A stretch of DNA of 60,416 bases from Chiloscyllium plagiosum. Lineage: Eukaryota. The DNA is taken from assembly GCF_004010195.1 (NCBI RefSeq), contig NC_057711.1, positions 83,313,623 through 83,374,038 on the forward strand, given 5' to 3'. The translations under genes and the position numbers were made by a program. The notes under the pieces were generated by a model. That model searched no databases, had not been told where the DNA came from, and worked only from the letters and a program-made list of their open reading frames with translations. This document shows positions 36,528 to 48,800 of this stretch, piece after piece (within the stretch, counting starts at the first letter, position 1; each line of letters opens with the position of its first letter).

Positions 36528-38917
36528 TAATGGGCCTAAGGCCTTGTACTGTGCTCTCTGACTCTAAGTAACAAACTAATAGGTTAAATTAACAATAAAT
36601 ATTCTAGAACGGTAAATAATCACTCTAATTCTGTAATAGTGTTCCTGGCCTTGCAATGGCTTTATCTGCAACATGATAGAAACAGCAGTATCAATGTCTA
36701 GAACAAAGGAATGAACTTTAAAACTACAGCTTGACCATGAGGGAATGACGTCAGAAAGCACTTTTTATAGAATCACGAGAGAGTTAATGTACAGAAGACA
36801 ACCGTTCATCTTGTTGTGTTGTGCCGTCTCACTACCCCTACAATATTGTTTTATACAGTGGATAGTGGGAAATCTGGAACTCTTGATTACTGAGACTTGT
36901 TGAATTAAAAATTTGAAAACAAGCATTGAAAAGTTTGTGAAGGGTTATGGGCGGATGAGTGAGCTTATAAATCAGCTTTGACCTAATCGAATAGTGGAAC
37001 AGATCGGAGCAATTCAATGTTAGTCTTAATAAACTAGCAATGTTCTTATGTTCCTAAGGTTCTACAGCTTATTACAAAGATTTCCCATTGTTACTGAAAA
37101 AAGCTATCTGCAGTGGCTTGTGTGACATCACCACAGTCAGGCTGACCATCCGTATTTTATTCATGAAACTTACCAAATCATCATTTGAATTAACTCATTC
37201 ATCACTTCAACCATTGTTTCTGACTTGCTGACTGGCAGACCTGTGTTTATTGGATTAACCAGATTCTGAATGTTGGACTGAAATACTGAATTTTCTTTAG
37301 TTTGTATTTTATAGCCTATGCTAGATGCATTACCAAAACTATACTGTTATAACTTTTAACTGATCAACCCTCCATCTGGATCTAAATAGAACAAAATAAG
37401 GAACATTGTAAAACCTCAGATATGGTATGTTCACCTGTGATGGTTTTCCATTTCAAGTTGACATTTTAGCTAATTGATGCATTTGATTATTCTTCTTTGT
37501 GCCTCTGTAGGACTTAGTAGTGGAAAATCCCAGCCTGAATCAAAAGAGGATATTCTGCCCCATTGCTTACCCCAATACTACCTACCCCACTCCAGGCTGG
37601 ACTTTGAGCAATTATTGATTTTAAGCCATAATCACCTCTACTTTTGTAGTTCGATAACATCAGAATAAGGAAAGAATCGAACACTGTTCATTTTAACTAA
37701 TGTGATTAGAATGTAATAACTACGAAAATCAGAAACAAAATAAATTGAAATGTCATCTATACATAGTACCTGAAAAGAAGAAAGACAGGTTAACAATTGA
37801 GAGTTATCCTATTATCATAACACAATCATAACTTTGAAGTGGACATGCTCACATGTGCATTTGAATAGCATGAACCACAAGAACTTGTGTCAATATCATA
37901 CCTTAAACATAATCAACATCTCAAGGTGCTTCACAGGACATTATCAAGAAAAATTACACACAAACCTCGGAGTAACATTTGGTTGATGGCCAAAAGCTTG
38001 TTTAATCAACAAAATAGGCTCTAAAAAAGGAAAAAAAAAACAAAAGAGCACAAAAGAGAACTTTAGAGAAGGTATTGCAGATGTTAGGGTGTGGGTAGCT
38101 GAAGGCACTACTATAAGAGCTGAAATAGTGGGAATCCTTAAAAAAACAAGAAATAGAGAAGTGCAGATATCTGTCTGTTTTGAGTTGAAGGGGATTGTAG
38201 AGACAGAGAGGATTCTCGGTAATTCAAGATGGAGGATAGGAAAAAGTTGTGGCTGTAAGAGCTGTTTCTTTTTTGAGGTATTATCAGTATTGGAGCTGAT
38301 TTTCTCACATTTTTGGAACTACAATTACTGCTTTACAAGCTGTTGCATTGTTTTAGAGCTTTGGAAAAGAAAGAGATCAAAACAACAGTACTTTAAAAAA
38401 GGAAGAGAGAGAGAGAGCAGGTACCAGATGGAGGGTAAAACAAACAGAGAAGTAGACCTGCACAGCTGACTGCCTCTGCTGTCTAGAAATAAATATCTCT
38501 GGACATCAGAGTTTATTCCAAGAAAAAAATAAACATCCAGTGAAATTCACAGCTGACCTTAAGAGAAACATGTGTGGGGAAGCTTACAGCAGGGGAGCAG
38601 CTAAGTGACTCATTTTTTTAAAAATGTAACCTCACTTTGTTTTTGTAAATCTACAGTTCTTTTTTTATTATATGTTTTAATGAGATCCGTCTCTCGATTA
38701 AACTTTATAGAATATAAAATGTAGATACTGAGCTATCCTAGACCAGTGTTTTTAGAGCAGTATGACTGCTATTTTCTAGGTCTGTAGACTGTTAAGTTGC
38801 AAAGATGGTATTTAGTAGAATAATGTGCTCTTCCTGTCTGATGTGGGAGATTAGGGAGACTTTCAATATTCCTGATGATTATGTCTACAGGAAGTGTGTT
38901 TGGTTGCAAATTGTATT

Positions 38918-39092
38918 TTTTGTATGTTTTTCCTGAAGAAGGGCCTGTGCCCGAAACGTCGAATCTCCTGTTTCCTGAAGAAGGGCCTGTGCCCGAAACG
39001 TCGAATCTCCTGTTCCCTGGATGCTGCCTGACCTGCTGTGCTGTTCCAGCAATAAAGTTTCAACTTTGATCTCCAGCATCTGCACTTTCTCC
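38918..39092 (+). mobile_element. Short PLE family A terminus insertion with tandem HHR, inside CR1 ORF1
   Basis: TTGCAAATTGTATT duplicated at 38904-38917 and 39093-39106; ends with CTCCAGCATCTGCACTTTCTCC tail. Confidence 0.88.
38929..39012 (+). ncRNA. Tandem pair of minimal hammerhead motifs (2 x 42 bp) forming a contiguous type-III-like hammerhead at 38956-39001
   Basis: Unit TTTC-CTGAAGA-A-GGGC-CTGT-GCCC-GAAA-CGTC-GAATCTCCTG repeated exactly. Confidence 0.75.
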
Positions 39093-41055
39093 TTGCAAAT
39101 TGTATTGTATCGTTTGGATTGGCAGTTAGTGGAATGAAGAATTTACAGGAATCATAGGTGTGATGGAAGGCAGTTTCAAGAAGGGAGAAAAACCACAGAT
39201 GCAGTCAGGTCGATGGGGAAAAGTAAGGGGGTAGGCAGGTAATGCAGGAGTCTCCTGTGGCTATCCCTATCTCAAATAAATATGCTGTTTTGGAAAATGT
39301 TGGGGGATGATGGACTCTAGGGGGAATGTAGCTCCGATAGCCAACTTTCTGGTAGTGAGACTAGCTCTACTGTAATGAGAGGTACAACAAGTTCAAAGTG
39401 ATAATTGTGATAGAAGACACTCTAGTTAGAGGCACAAACAGATGTTTCTGTGGTCAACCAGACATCAGAATGGTGTGTTGCCTCCCTGGTACCAGGAGCA
39501 AGGAGATTCCGGAGAGGGTGCAGAATACTCTCAAAGGGGAGAGGGACCAGTTGTAAGTCATTGTACAAATTGGAGCTAACAATGTAGGACAAGAAAAAGA
39601 TGAGGTTTTGAGGGGAGCAATTAGGCAGGAATTTAAAAAGTAGGTCCTTGAGAGTAGTAATATCTGGATTACTCCTGGTGCCATGAGCAAGTGAGGGTAG
39701 GAATGGGAGGATAGAGCGGATGAATGCGAGACTGAGGAGCTGGTGTGCGATAAAAGGGTTCACATTTTTGGATCATTGGAATGTCTTCTGAGGTAGACGT
39801 GACCTATATGAGAAGGAAAGATTACACCTAAATTGGAAGGGGAGTAATATACCTGTCTACTACCTGCAGGGAGATTTGCTAGAGCTGCTCGGAAGGAATT
39901 AAATTAATAAGGGATAGTGAGAAAAGTGATCAGTCTGAGACTGGTGCAGTTGGGAAAAGGAGTGAGTCAAAAAGCCAAGGCAGGCAGGAACAAAGCAGAG
40001 GACAACGTAGGGATGATAAATTAAAGTGTATTTATGTCCACGCCAGAGGCCTGACAGTAAGGTAGACATGTTTGGGAACTTGGGACTGGCATATCATAAC
40101 TATTATAGAAACGTAGCTCTGGGATTGACAGGACAGCTTAATGTTCCAGGGTATAGATACTATAGGAAAGATAGAAAGGTGGGGGGGTCAAAAAAGGAGG
40201 GGGTGTGGCATTTTTTGACAAGTGATATCATTACGACAGTACTTAGGGAGGATATTCCTGGAAATACGACAAGGCAAGTTATTTAGGTTGAACTGAGAAA
40301 TAAAAAAGGGGGGATCAACTTATTAGGATTGTACTATAAACTCCACAGTAGTCAGCATGAAATTGAGAAGCAAATGTTTAAGGAGATTTCAGTTATCTGT
40401 AAGAATAATAGGAGGATAATTGTCAGAGCTTTTAACTTTCCAAACATAGACTCGGACTGCCATACTGTTAAGGGCTTGGATAGAGAGGAGTTTGTTAAAT
40501 GTACGCAAGAAAATTTTCTGATTCAGTGTGTGGATGTACCTACTTGATGCAAAACTTGACCTACTCTTGAGAAATAAGGCAGGACAAGTGACTGAGTGTC
40601 AAGAGGGGCCAGTGATCATAATTCTATTAGTTTCAAAATAGCGATGGAAAAGGATAGGCAAGATCTAATAGTTAAAGTTCTAAATTGGTAAGGCCAATTT
40701 TGACTGTATAAGGCAAGAACATTCAAAAGTTTAGGGGGTCAGATATTTGCAGGTAGAGGTAGCTGGTAAGTGGAAAGCCTTCAAAAATGAGATAACGAGA
40801 ATCCTGAGACAGTATGACTGGTGGTTGAAGGGAATGCTGGATGACGAGACAAAGTGAGGTTTTGGTCAAGAAAAAGAAAGAAGTGTATGTCAGGTTTAGA
40901 CAGCAGAAATCAAATGAATTCCTACAACGGCAGTAGAAGTTTACTTGAGAGAAATCGAGAGGGCAAAAAGGGGACATGAGATAGCTTTGGCAAATAGGGT
41001 TAAGGAGAATTCAAAGGGATTCTACAAATATATTAAGGTCAAAAGGGAGAGAATA

Positions 41056-41183
41056 TTCCTAATGAAGAGCTTTTGTCTGAAACATTGATTTTCCTGCTCC
41101 TTGGATGCTGCCTGACCTGCTGTGCTTTTCCAGTGATACACTTTTCAATTCTGATCTCCAGTTTTGCAGTCCTCATTTTCTCC
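41056..41183 (+). mobile_element. Decayed PLE family A terminus inserted in CR1 ORF2
   Basis: TTCCTAATGAAG...TGAAACATTGATTTTCCTGCTCCTTGGATGCTGCCTGACCTGC...CCTCATTTTCTCC interrupts the CR1 sequence; no clear duplication. Confidence 0.8.
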
Positions 41184-43415
41184 CTAAAAGATCAGCAAGG
41201 CCATCTCTGTGTGGAACTGCGGCAGATGGCTGAGATACTAATGAGCATTTTGCATCAATGCTTGCTGTGGAGAAGGATATGGACGCTAGATAACTTGGGG
41301 AAATAAATAGAAATATCTTGAAAAGTGTCCATCTTACAGCAGAGGTGACGCTGGATGTCTTAAAACGCATAAGGTGGACAAATCCCGGGGATATGATCGC
41401 GTGTACCTTAGAACTTTGTGGGAAGCTAGGGAAAAGATTGCTGGGCCCCTTGCTGAGATATTTGTTTCATTGATAGTCACAGATGAGGTTCCGGAAAACT
41501 TGAGGTTGGCTAACGTGATGCCACTATTTACGTAAGGTGATCAGGAAAAGCCAGGGAACTGGAGACCAGTAAGCCTGATATCTGTGGTGGCCAAGAGAGG
41601 GACAGAATTTATATGTAGTTGGAAAGGCAAGAACTAATTAAAGATAGGCAACATTTCTTTGTGTATGGGAGTTCATGTCTCATTAACTTAATTGAGATTT
41701 GAAGCAGTAATGAAGAGGATTGTTGAGGGCAGAGAAGTGGAAGTGATCTATGTGGACTTCAGTAGGGTATTTGACAAGATTCTGCATGGTAGATTAGTTA
41801 GCAAGTTTAGATCACATGGAATACATGACAGAACTGGCCCAAAGGTAGAAAACAGAAGGTAGTGCTGGAGGGTTGTTTTTCAAACTGGAAGCCTGTGACC
41901 AGTGGTGTGCCACAAGGATCGGTGCTGGGTCCACTGATTTTTGTCATTTTTATAAAAGATTTGGATGTAAACATAGGAGGAATGTTTAATAAGTTTGCAG
42001 ATGACACCAAAGTTGGTCTTGTAGTGGACAGGCAAGAAGGTTACCTCTGAGTACAATGGGATCTTGATCAGATGGGCTGGTGGGCCGAGGAGTGGAAAAT
42101 GGAGTTTAATTTAAATGTGAGGTACTGCATTTTGGAAAGGCAAATCAGGGTAGGACTTATACATTTAATGGTAAGGTTCTGAACAAAGAGAGCTTGGAGT
42201 GCAAGTTCATAGTTCCTTGAAAATGGAGTCACAACTAGCAGGACAGTGAAGAAGGCATTTGATATGCTTGCCTTTATTGGTCAGTGCATTGAATATAGAG
42301 ATTGGGAGGTCAGTTACAGCTGTACAGGTCACAGGTAAGGCCACTTTTGGATTACTGTGATCAGTTCTGGTCTCCCTGCTGTAGGAAGGATGTTATAAAA
42401 CTTGAAAAGGTTCAGAAAAGACTTACAAGGATGTTGTCAGCATTGGAGAGTTTGCGCTCTAGGGAGAGGCTGAAATGACTGAGGTTATTTTTCCCTGGAG
42501 CATCGGAAGCTGAGGGGTGACCTTATAGAAATTTATAAAATTACAAGGGGCATGGATAGGGTGAATAGACAGGGTCTTTTTCGTGGGGTGGGGGAGTCCA
42601 GAACTAGAGGGCATAGGCTTCAGGTGAGAGGGGAAAGATGTAAAATGGACCTAAGGGGCAACATTTTCATGCAGAGGGTGGTGTTTGTATGGAATGAGTT
42701 GCCAGAGGAAATGGTAGAGGCTGGTACAATTATAACATTTAAAAAGCATGTGGATGGTTTCATGCATGGGAAGGGTTTACAGAGATATGGACCGAATGCT
42801 GGCAAATGGGAGTAGATTAAATTAGAATACCTGGTTGGCATGGATGAGTTGGGCCGAAACATCTGTTTCCATGCTGTACAGCTCTTTCTGATTCAGGGAC
42901 TCTAACTATATCTTCTATATCACTGACCCCTTCGAATTCCCAAAATAAGGTGACCAATTTGGTAGGACTAAGGTTCATGAACTTTACAGTGGTGCCTTAG
43001 TGTCATGTTACCGGATAGTTTCTGCCAAAATAGAAATTATTTGTTGACATGGGGAGAATGGCATTTCCCAAAGGTATGGGGCCCATTTCCATCAGGATTT
43101 TGTTTAGCTGAGGTGCTTCACTATGGTCGGATGGAGTATAGAACTGTGTTTTCTCCACAAGTTCTGGCTCGCCTACTATCCATCCCACTCTGTCCAAATG
43201 ACACATGATCTGACAGCAACCATTTCCAACAAAGTTTTGAAGTGCTCAAACTAACAAGGCAGGTACCTGGCACAACCAGATTTTACTTGAAATTCAACTC
43301 CCCCCCAATGGTCACTGCCATTGTGTCCCTTTCTCCTACCGCTCAGGAATTACAGGCTTTCTGCAATAAAAACACTTTATTATTATATGTTCAATGATAT
43401 ACTGCAGTATTATTA

Positions 43416-43453
43416 TTCTGGATCAGTGGTGCTAGAAGAGCACAGCAATTCAG
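43416..43453 (-). mobile_element. 38-bp PLE-terminus-like insertion between 34-bp direct repeats
   Basis: GTGGTGCTAGAAGAGCACAGCAATTCAG resembles GTGGTGCTGGAAAAGCACAGCAGGTCAG; repeats at 43382-43415 and 43454-43487 (1 mismatch). Confidence 0.75.
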
Positions 43454-45681
43454 ATTATATGTTCAATGATATACCGCAGTATTATTAGCCTAGTAATGTT
43501 CCATGGGATTCATCTGTTTCAACAGAAGATGGATGGAAACCTTTGTAAAACAGCTTAAAGGGAAGTTCATTATCATACTATCTAAAAGAAGCACTCTAAT
43601 GTAATTTAAACATCTTCCCATATCCACATATTGTTATATCTTCTGGTTTCCAAAATGAAGGAAATGATCACATTTTTAACTCCAGAATGCTGGAGTTTCT
43701 CCATGTGGCAGCTGAATGGATACAATGATGCTCAACACATGAGTGCAGTGCAGTTGTGAATATGACACACAAGATATATGTTCTCTGAACAAATAACTTG
43801 GCCTGTAATTCTAATCCTGGCTCTATCTGAAATCCAGAATTGTCAGGAGAAATCAAACCACACCCCCATTGTCATAGCAGTAAATGCTGCATTCATGACT
43901 TAAATGTCCAGCAACACAGCTGATGACAGTGATAACTCCTGTGAAAAGGTAAGTGTGGAGTTAGGGTGACAGTGCAATAAAGAGGCCAGAGTGCCAGGCA
44001 GGTCGTATGGCTGAGTGCCAGGATACCAGCTAAGTAGAGTGCCAGGTGAGTAGGGTACCATGTAAGCAAGGTGCCAGGATACTAAGTGGAAGGCCACAAG
44101 TGCATAACTTGCCAGGTAAGTGATGGTATACTCAGGGTATGTCAGGGTTGGGCAGGGTGGTGTCAGATTTGATGCAAGGATGGGGTGGTGTGAGGTTTAG
44201 CAGTGGGGAACAAGGTATTAGAGAGAAGGGAGATTGGTTCTGGTAAGGGCAGTGGAGTGGGAAGGAAGGTGGTGGCAGAGAGTCAGGCCTGGTGGATAGG
44301 TATGTGTCTTGTTAGGAAGGGAGTTCAAGGCTTTTGACCCAGCAATAGAAGAAGAGTGACAATATAATTCTAAGTTAGAATGCTGCATGATTTGGAGGGC
44401 AACTTACAGATACTGATGTTCCCATGCACTTGCTGCCCTTGTCCTTCTAGAAGGTAAATGTCCAAGGTGCCAATGAAGGAGGTTTATCAAGCAGCTATAG
44501 TGATCTGATGAATAGAACACACAGCTCCCATTTTGCATTGGTGATGAAGAGAGTAAATGCTTAAAATACTGATGGGGTCTAATCAAACAGGTTGCTTTAT
44601 CCTGGATAATGTTCACCTTCTTGATTGAAGTTGAACCTGCGCTAATGCAAGCGAGTGGAGAGAATCCATCACATTCCCAATATGTGCCTTGTAACTAGTG
44701 AATAGGTTCTGGGGAGTCAGGAGGTGAGTTACTCGCTGCAGAATTCCTAGTCTCTGAGTGCTCCAGTACCGCAATATTAATATGGCTGGTCCATTTCAAT
44801 TTCTGGTCAATCATAGCCCCCAGGATGTTGACTGCGGAAAATTTCTCTGGCGCAAATGTAATGTGTCTCTTCTTAGTCCAAACCTGGGTGTTATCCAGGT
44901 CTTGCTATGTTTGGATATGGATTGTTTCAGTATCTGGGAAATCATGATTGGTGTTGAGCATTGTGAAAACATCAACGAACATCCCCAGTTCGGACTTTAT
45001 GATTGAGGTAACCTCTTTGATGAAGTATCTCAAGATTGTTGGGTCCAGCACACTACCTTGAGGTAAGACTAAAATAGTATCTTGAGGCTGAGATGATTGA
45101 CCTCTAATTATCACAGTCATCTTCCTTTTACTAGGTTAAAAATTACACAGCACCAGGTTATAGTCCAACACATTTAATTGGAAGCACACTAGCTTTCGGA
45201 GCGATGTTCCTTCATCAGGTGATTGCGGAGGGCTCGATCGTAACACAGAATTTATAGCAAAAATTTGCAGTGTGATGTAACTGAAATTATACATTGAAAA
45301 ATTGATTGTCTGTTAAGCCTTTCATCTGTTAGAATACAGTGATAGTTTCACTTCTTTCATGTGTAAATCACAAAACCCTTTTTTTAAAGTTGCATTCTTG
45401 GGTTAGCTGTTAACAATGGTGGTAGCTAGACAATATGTTGAAGGTGTAACCCCCCTGTGTTCTCTGTCTATGACCTGATGTTTAGATTGATTCTAATCTA
45501 AAAAGTGAGATAACAGAGTTTTACATAAATTCTTCAGTTTTTTGAGCTCAGAGTTTTACATGAATGTATGCAGTTTTTGAGCAAAGTGCAATGTAACTCT
45601 GCAAGTACAAATTCACCCCACAAAATATATGTGTGCATGTGGGTCTTTGTCTGTGTGTGTGTGTGTGGGGGGGGGGTTGTG

Positions 45682-45872
45682 NNNNNNNNNNNNNNNNNNN
45701 NNNNNNNNNNNNNNNNNNNNNNNNNNNNNNNNNNNNNNNNNNNNNNNNNNNNNNNNNNNNNNNNNNNNNNNNNNNNNNNNNNNNNNNNNNNNNNNNNNNN
45801 NNNNNNNNNNNNNNNNNNNNNNNNNNNNNNNNNNNNNNNNNNNNNNNNNNNNNNNNNNNNNNNNNNNNNNNN
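45682..45872. other. Assembly gap (N run)
   Basis: Run of n following (GT)n and a G-run. Confidence 1.
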
Positions 45873-46071
45873 CACCATTGTTAACAGCTAACCCGAGAAT
45901 GCAACTTTAATAAAAAGGTTTTGTGATTTACACATGAAAGAAGTGAAACTATCACTGTATTCTAACAGATGAAAGGCTTAACAGACAATCAATTTTTCAA
46001 TGTATAATTTCAGTTACATCACACAGAAATTTTTGCTATAAATTCTGTGTTACGATCGAGCCCTCCGCAAT

Positions 46072-46106
46072 CACCTGATGAAGGAGCGTCGCTCCGAAAG
46101 CTAGTG
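46072..46106 (+). ncRNA. Minimal type-I hammerhead motif (family B); mutated antisense partner at 45187-45221
   Basis: CAC-CTGATGA-A-GGAGC-GTC-GCTCC-GAAA-GCTA-GTG. Confidence 0.72.
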
Positions 46107-46732
46107 TGCTTCCAATTAAACCTGTTGGACTATAACCTGGTGTGTGATTTTTAACTTTGTACACCCCAGTCCAACACCGGCATCTCCAAATCCTTTTACT
46201 AGGTTTGGTTTCAACCAATGGAGAGAATTCCTCCTGATTCCCATTGATTTTAGATTTGCTGAGATTCTTTGATTCCATACTTGACCAAATGCTGTCTTCA
46301 TGTCAAGGGCTGTCCCTCTCTTTTCACCTCTTGAATTCAGTTCTTTGTCTATGTTTGGATCAAGGTTGGAACAGTGTCAGATGATGAGTGTCCTTGGAGA
46401 ATCTAAACTGAGCATCAGAGACTTTGCTTTGAAAGTGCTGATTGATAGCATTCTCAATGACCCTCTTCAATTACTTTGCCAATGATTGAGAGTAGGCTAA
46501 TAAACTAGTAATTGGCTGGGTTGGATTTATCCTACTATTGTGAACATTAGGTACCTGAACAATTGTGCAAATTGACAGCTAGAGGCTGGTAACAATTATT
46601 ACTGTATTAGAATAACTTGTCTAGGGTTGTAGCTAGTTCAGTATGTGGGCTTTTGCTTCCAGTGGGGATTTGTTTATGGATAGGGCAATATTTATGTTAG
46701 CTTGCAGAACATAAAGCCTGGATAACACATAA

Positions 46733-47220
46733 AACATAGGAGCAGAAGAATTCATTCAGCCCTTTAGGTCTACTCTACCATTCAATGCGATCATGACTGA
46801 TCTGATAATACACTTTCCTGCCTTTTCCTCCCAACAACTCTTGATTCCCTTAAAAATCAGTCTATCTCAGTTTTGAATATACTTAACAGCTCAGCCTCTA
46901 TGGCCCTCTGCAGTAACAAATTCCACAGATTCACTACCCTCCCAAGGCAATCCTTCCAGAACCCGAATTAAACTATAACTTTTTTCCAGACTGCCTCCAA
47001 TGCCACTATATCTTTCCTGAGATAAAGGAACCAAAACTGTTCAGTTTTCCAGCTATGGCCAAACTAGTGCCTTATATGTTTTAGCAATAATTCTCTATTT
47101 TCATTCTCCATTCTCTTTGGAAAAATGGCCGACATTCCATTTAATTTCTTCATTATACTTTTTGTGATATTTTTGCATGAGGACACCCAAATCTCTCTGT
47201 GCTGCAGCTTTCTCCACTAA
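46733..47220 (-). mobile_element. CR1 3' end with internal deletions
   Basis: AACATAGGAGCAGAAG...CATTCAGCCC tail as at 13196 and 6960. Confidence 0.7.
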
Positions 47221-47538
47221 AAAGTAGGTAAAGTCTTACAGAAATATTCAATAACCATTTGTTACAACTCTTGATATCTACTTATCTTACAGGCGCTGTA
47301 GTGTCTGGGCTACTAAGATCACATGCTGTGATAACATGATGATATAATAAGCATGTCCCTTAAAGTTATACTGCATGCTACCCATGAGACATAACATAAA
47401 ACTGGATAGAATTGGCTAGGTGTACAACTAGTTTTGGAGCACAAGTTATCAGTACTTAAGCAGGATGATGTCAGAGCCATAGAAGTACATTCTTGATATA
47501 ATTTGCAGTGATTTGAAGGCTGTGGACCTCAAGAAGAG

Positions 47539-47629
47539 CTGAAAATGTGTTGCTGGAAAAGCGCAGCAGGTCAGGCAGCATCCAGGGAACAGGAGAATCA
47601 ACGTTTCGGGCATAAGCCCTTCTTCAGGA
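47539..47629 (-). mobile_element. Short PLE family A terminus insertion with HHR motif
   Basis: ACCTCAAGAAGAG duplicated at 47526-47538 and 47630-47642; minus strand TTC-CTGAAGA-A-GGGC-TTAT-GCCC-GAAA-CGTT-GA. Confidence 0.88.
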
Positions 47630-47994
47630 ACCTCAAGAAGAGGCTGGTATAGATAATCATCCAGGCATTACTAGTGAAGATATTTGCAAATGCTTTAGGT
47701 GTGTCTTTTATATTGATATGCTGGGCACACTATTATTGAAGATGGGGGTTTTTGTGGAGCTTCAGTTTGATTTAATTATTTCATTATTCACCATGCCGAA
47801 CTTAGATCTGACACATTGATTGTGAGGTTGTCTATCACCTGTTGCTTCTGCTGTTTGCAAATAGTTCGGTGTTGCACCTTCATCAGGTTGGCGCCTCATT
47901 TTCAGATATGCTGTCCTGCACCTCGTGATGAACAGGGTTCATTCCCCAGCTTATTGGTGATAATGAAGTTGGGTTTCGCTGGACCATGAAGTTA

Positions 47995-48800
47995 GAAGCA
48001 TAGAAAATAGGAACAGAAGTAGGCCATTCAGCCATTCGATATAATCATAACTGATCATCAAACTCGGTACACTGTTCCTGCTTTTGCTTCATACCCTTTG
48101 ATCCCTTTAGCCCTAAGAATTATATTTAACTCTTTGAAATCATTCAATGTTTTGGCCTACACTATTTTCGGAACAGAGATTTCCACAGACTTAACACTCT
48201 CTGGGTGAAGAAGTTCTCCTCATCTCAGTTCTCCTGAAAATATGATGCCTAATTCTGGGTTCCCGGTCAACAGGAACACAACCTGATGTTTACCTTCCTA
48301 CATTTACCTTGTTTAAACTTGTTAGAATTTTATAGATTGCTATGAGGTCCCACTCACTCTTCTGAATTACAATGAATAAAGTCCTAACTTTGTTCATACT
48401 CTCCATACTCTCTTCATGCGTCAGACCATCCATCCCAGGAATCAATCAGGTAAATCTTTATTTTATTCCCTCCATAGTCAGGCCATCCTTCCTTAGGTAT
48501 AAAGACCAATACTCCAGGTGTGGTCTCAGCAAGAATCTCTGTTCCTATTCTCGAAACCTCTCACTATGAAGGTCAAAATACCATTTGCCTCCTTCACCGC
48601 CTGCTACACTAAATGCTAACTTTCAACAGCTGGTGTACAATGATACCCAGTTCTCATTGCAACACCATCTTTACCAATCTATCACCAAATCAGATAATAA
48701 TCTACCTTGCTGTTTGTGTTACCAAATTCGAAAACCTCACATTTATTCACATTAATTTCATCTGCCTTGCATTTACCCCCTCACCCAACTTGGCTAAAGC
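47995..48800 (-). mobile_element. CR1 3' portion
   Basis: Tail CATAGAAAATAGGAACAGAAGTAGGCCATTCAGCC; reverse-complement similarity to 30420-32190. Confidence 0.75.

Larger units (their letters stand above)
38240..42890 (+). mobile_element. Near full-length HER1/CR1 LINE (5' UTR, ORF1 zinc-finger/esterase, ORF2 APE-RT, tail), inactivated
   Basis: ORF1 from ATG 38805 (MCSSCLMWE...YRKC) and SGNH-like IVIEDTLVRG...CLPG...VQIGANNVG at ~39404-39590; APE FNFPNID at ~40430; RT GVPQGSVLGPL...KFADDTK at 41862-42050; tail to ~42890. Confidence 0.9.
45138..46190. mobile_element. Penelope family B composite with inverted arms; centre is an assembly gap
   Basis: Arms nearly identical to those of 18399-19909; TCCTTTTACTAGGTT duplicated at 45123-45137 and 46191-46205. 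Confidence 0.88.
44305..46640 (-). mobile_element. Second LINE family, RT region, split by PLE composite
   Basis: ORF 44905-45120(-) LPQGSVLDPTIL...ELGMFVD; collinear with 30780-31610; resumes at 46191. Confidence 0.75.

Noticed and set aside
43382..43487. CRISPR-like repeat-spacer-repeat (34/38/34 bp)
   Set aside because: Only two repeats, vertebrate context, no cas genes; the spacer resembles a PLE terminus, so a target duplication explains it.
45534..45910. ORFs spanning the N run
   Set aside because: Artefacts of the assembly gap.
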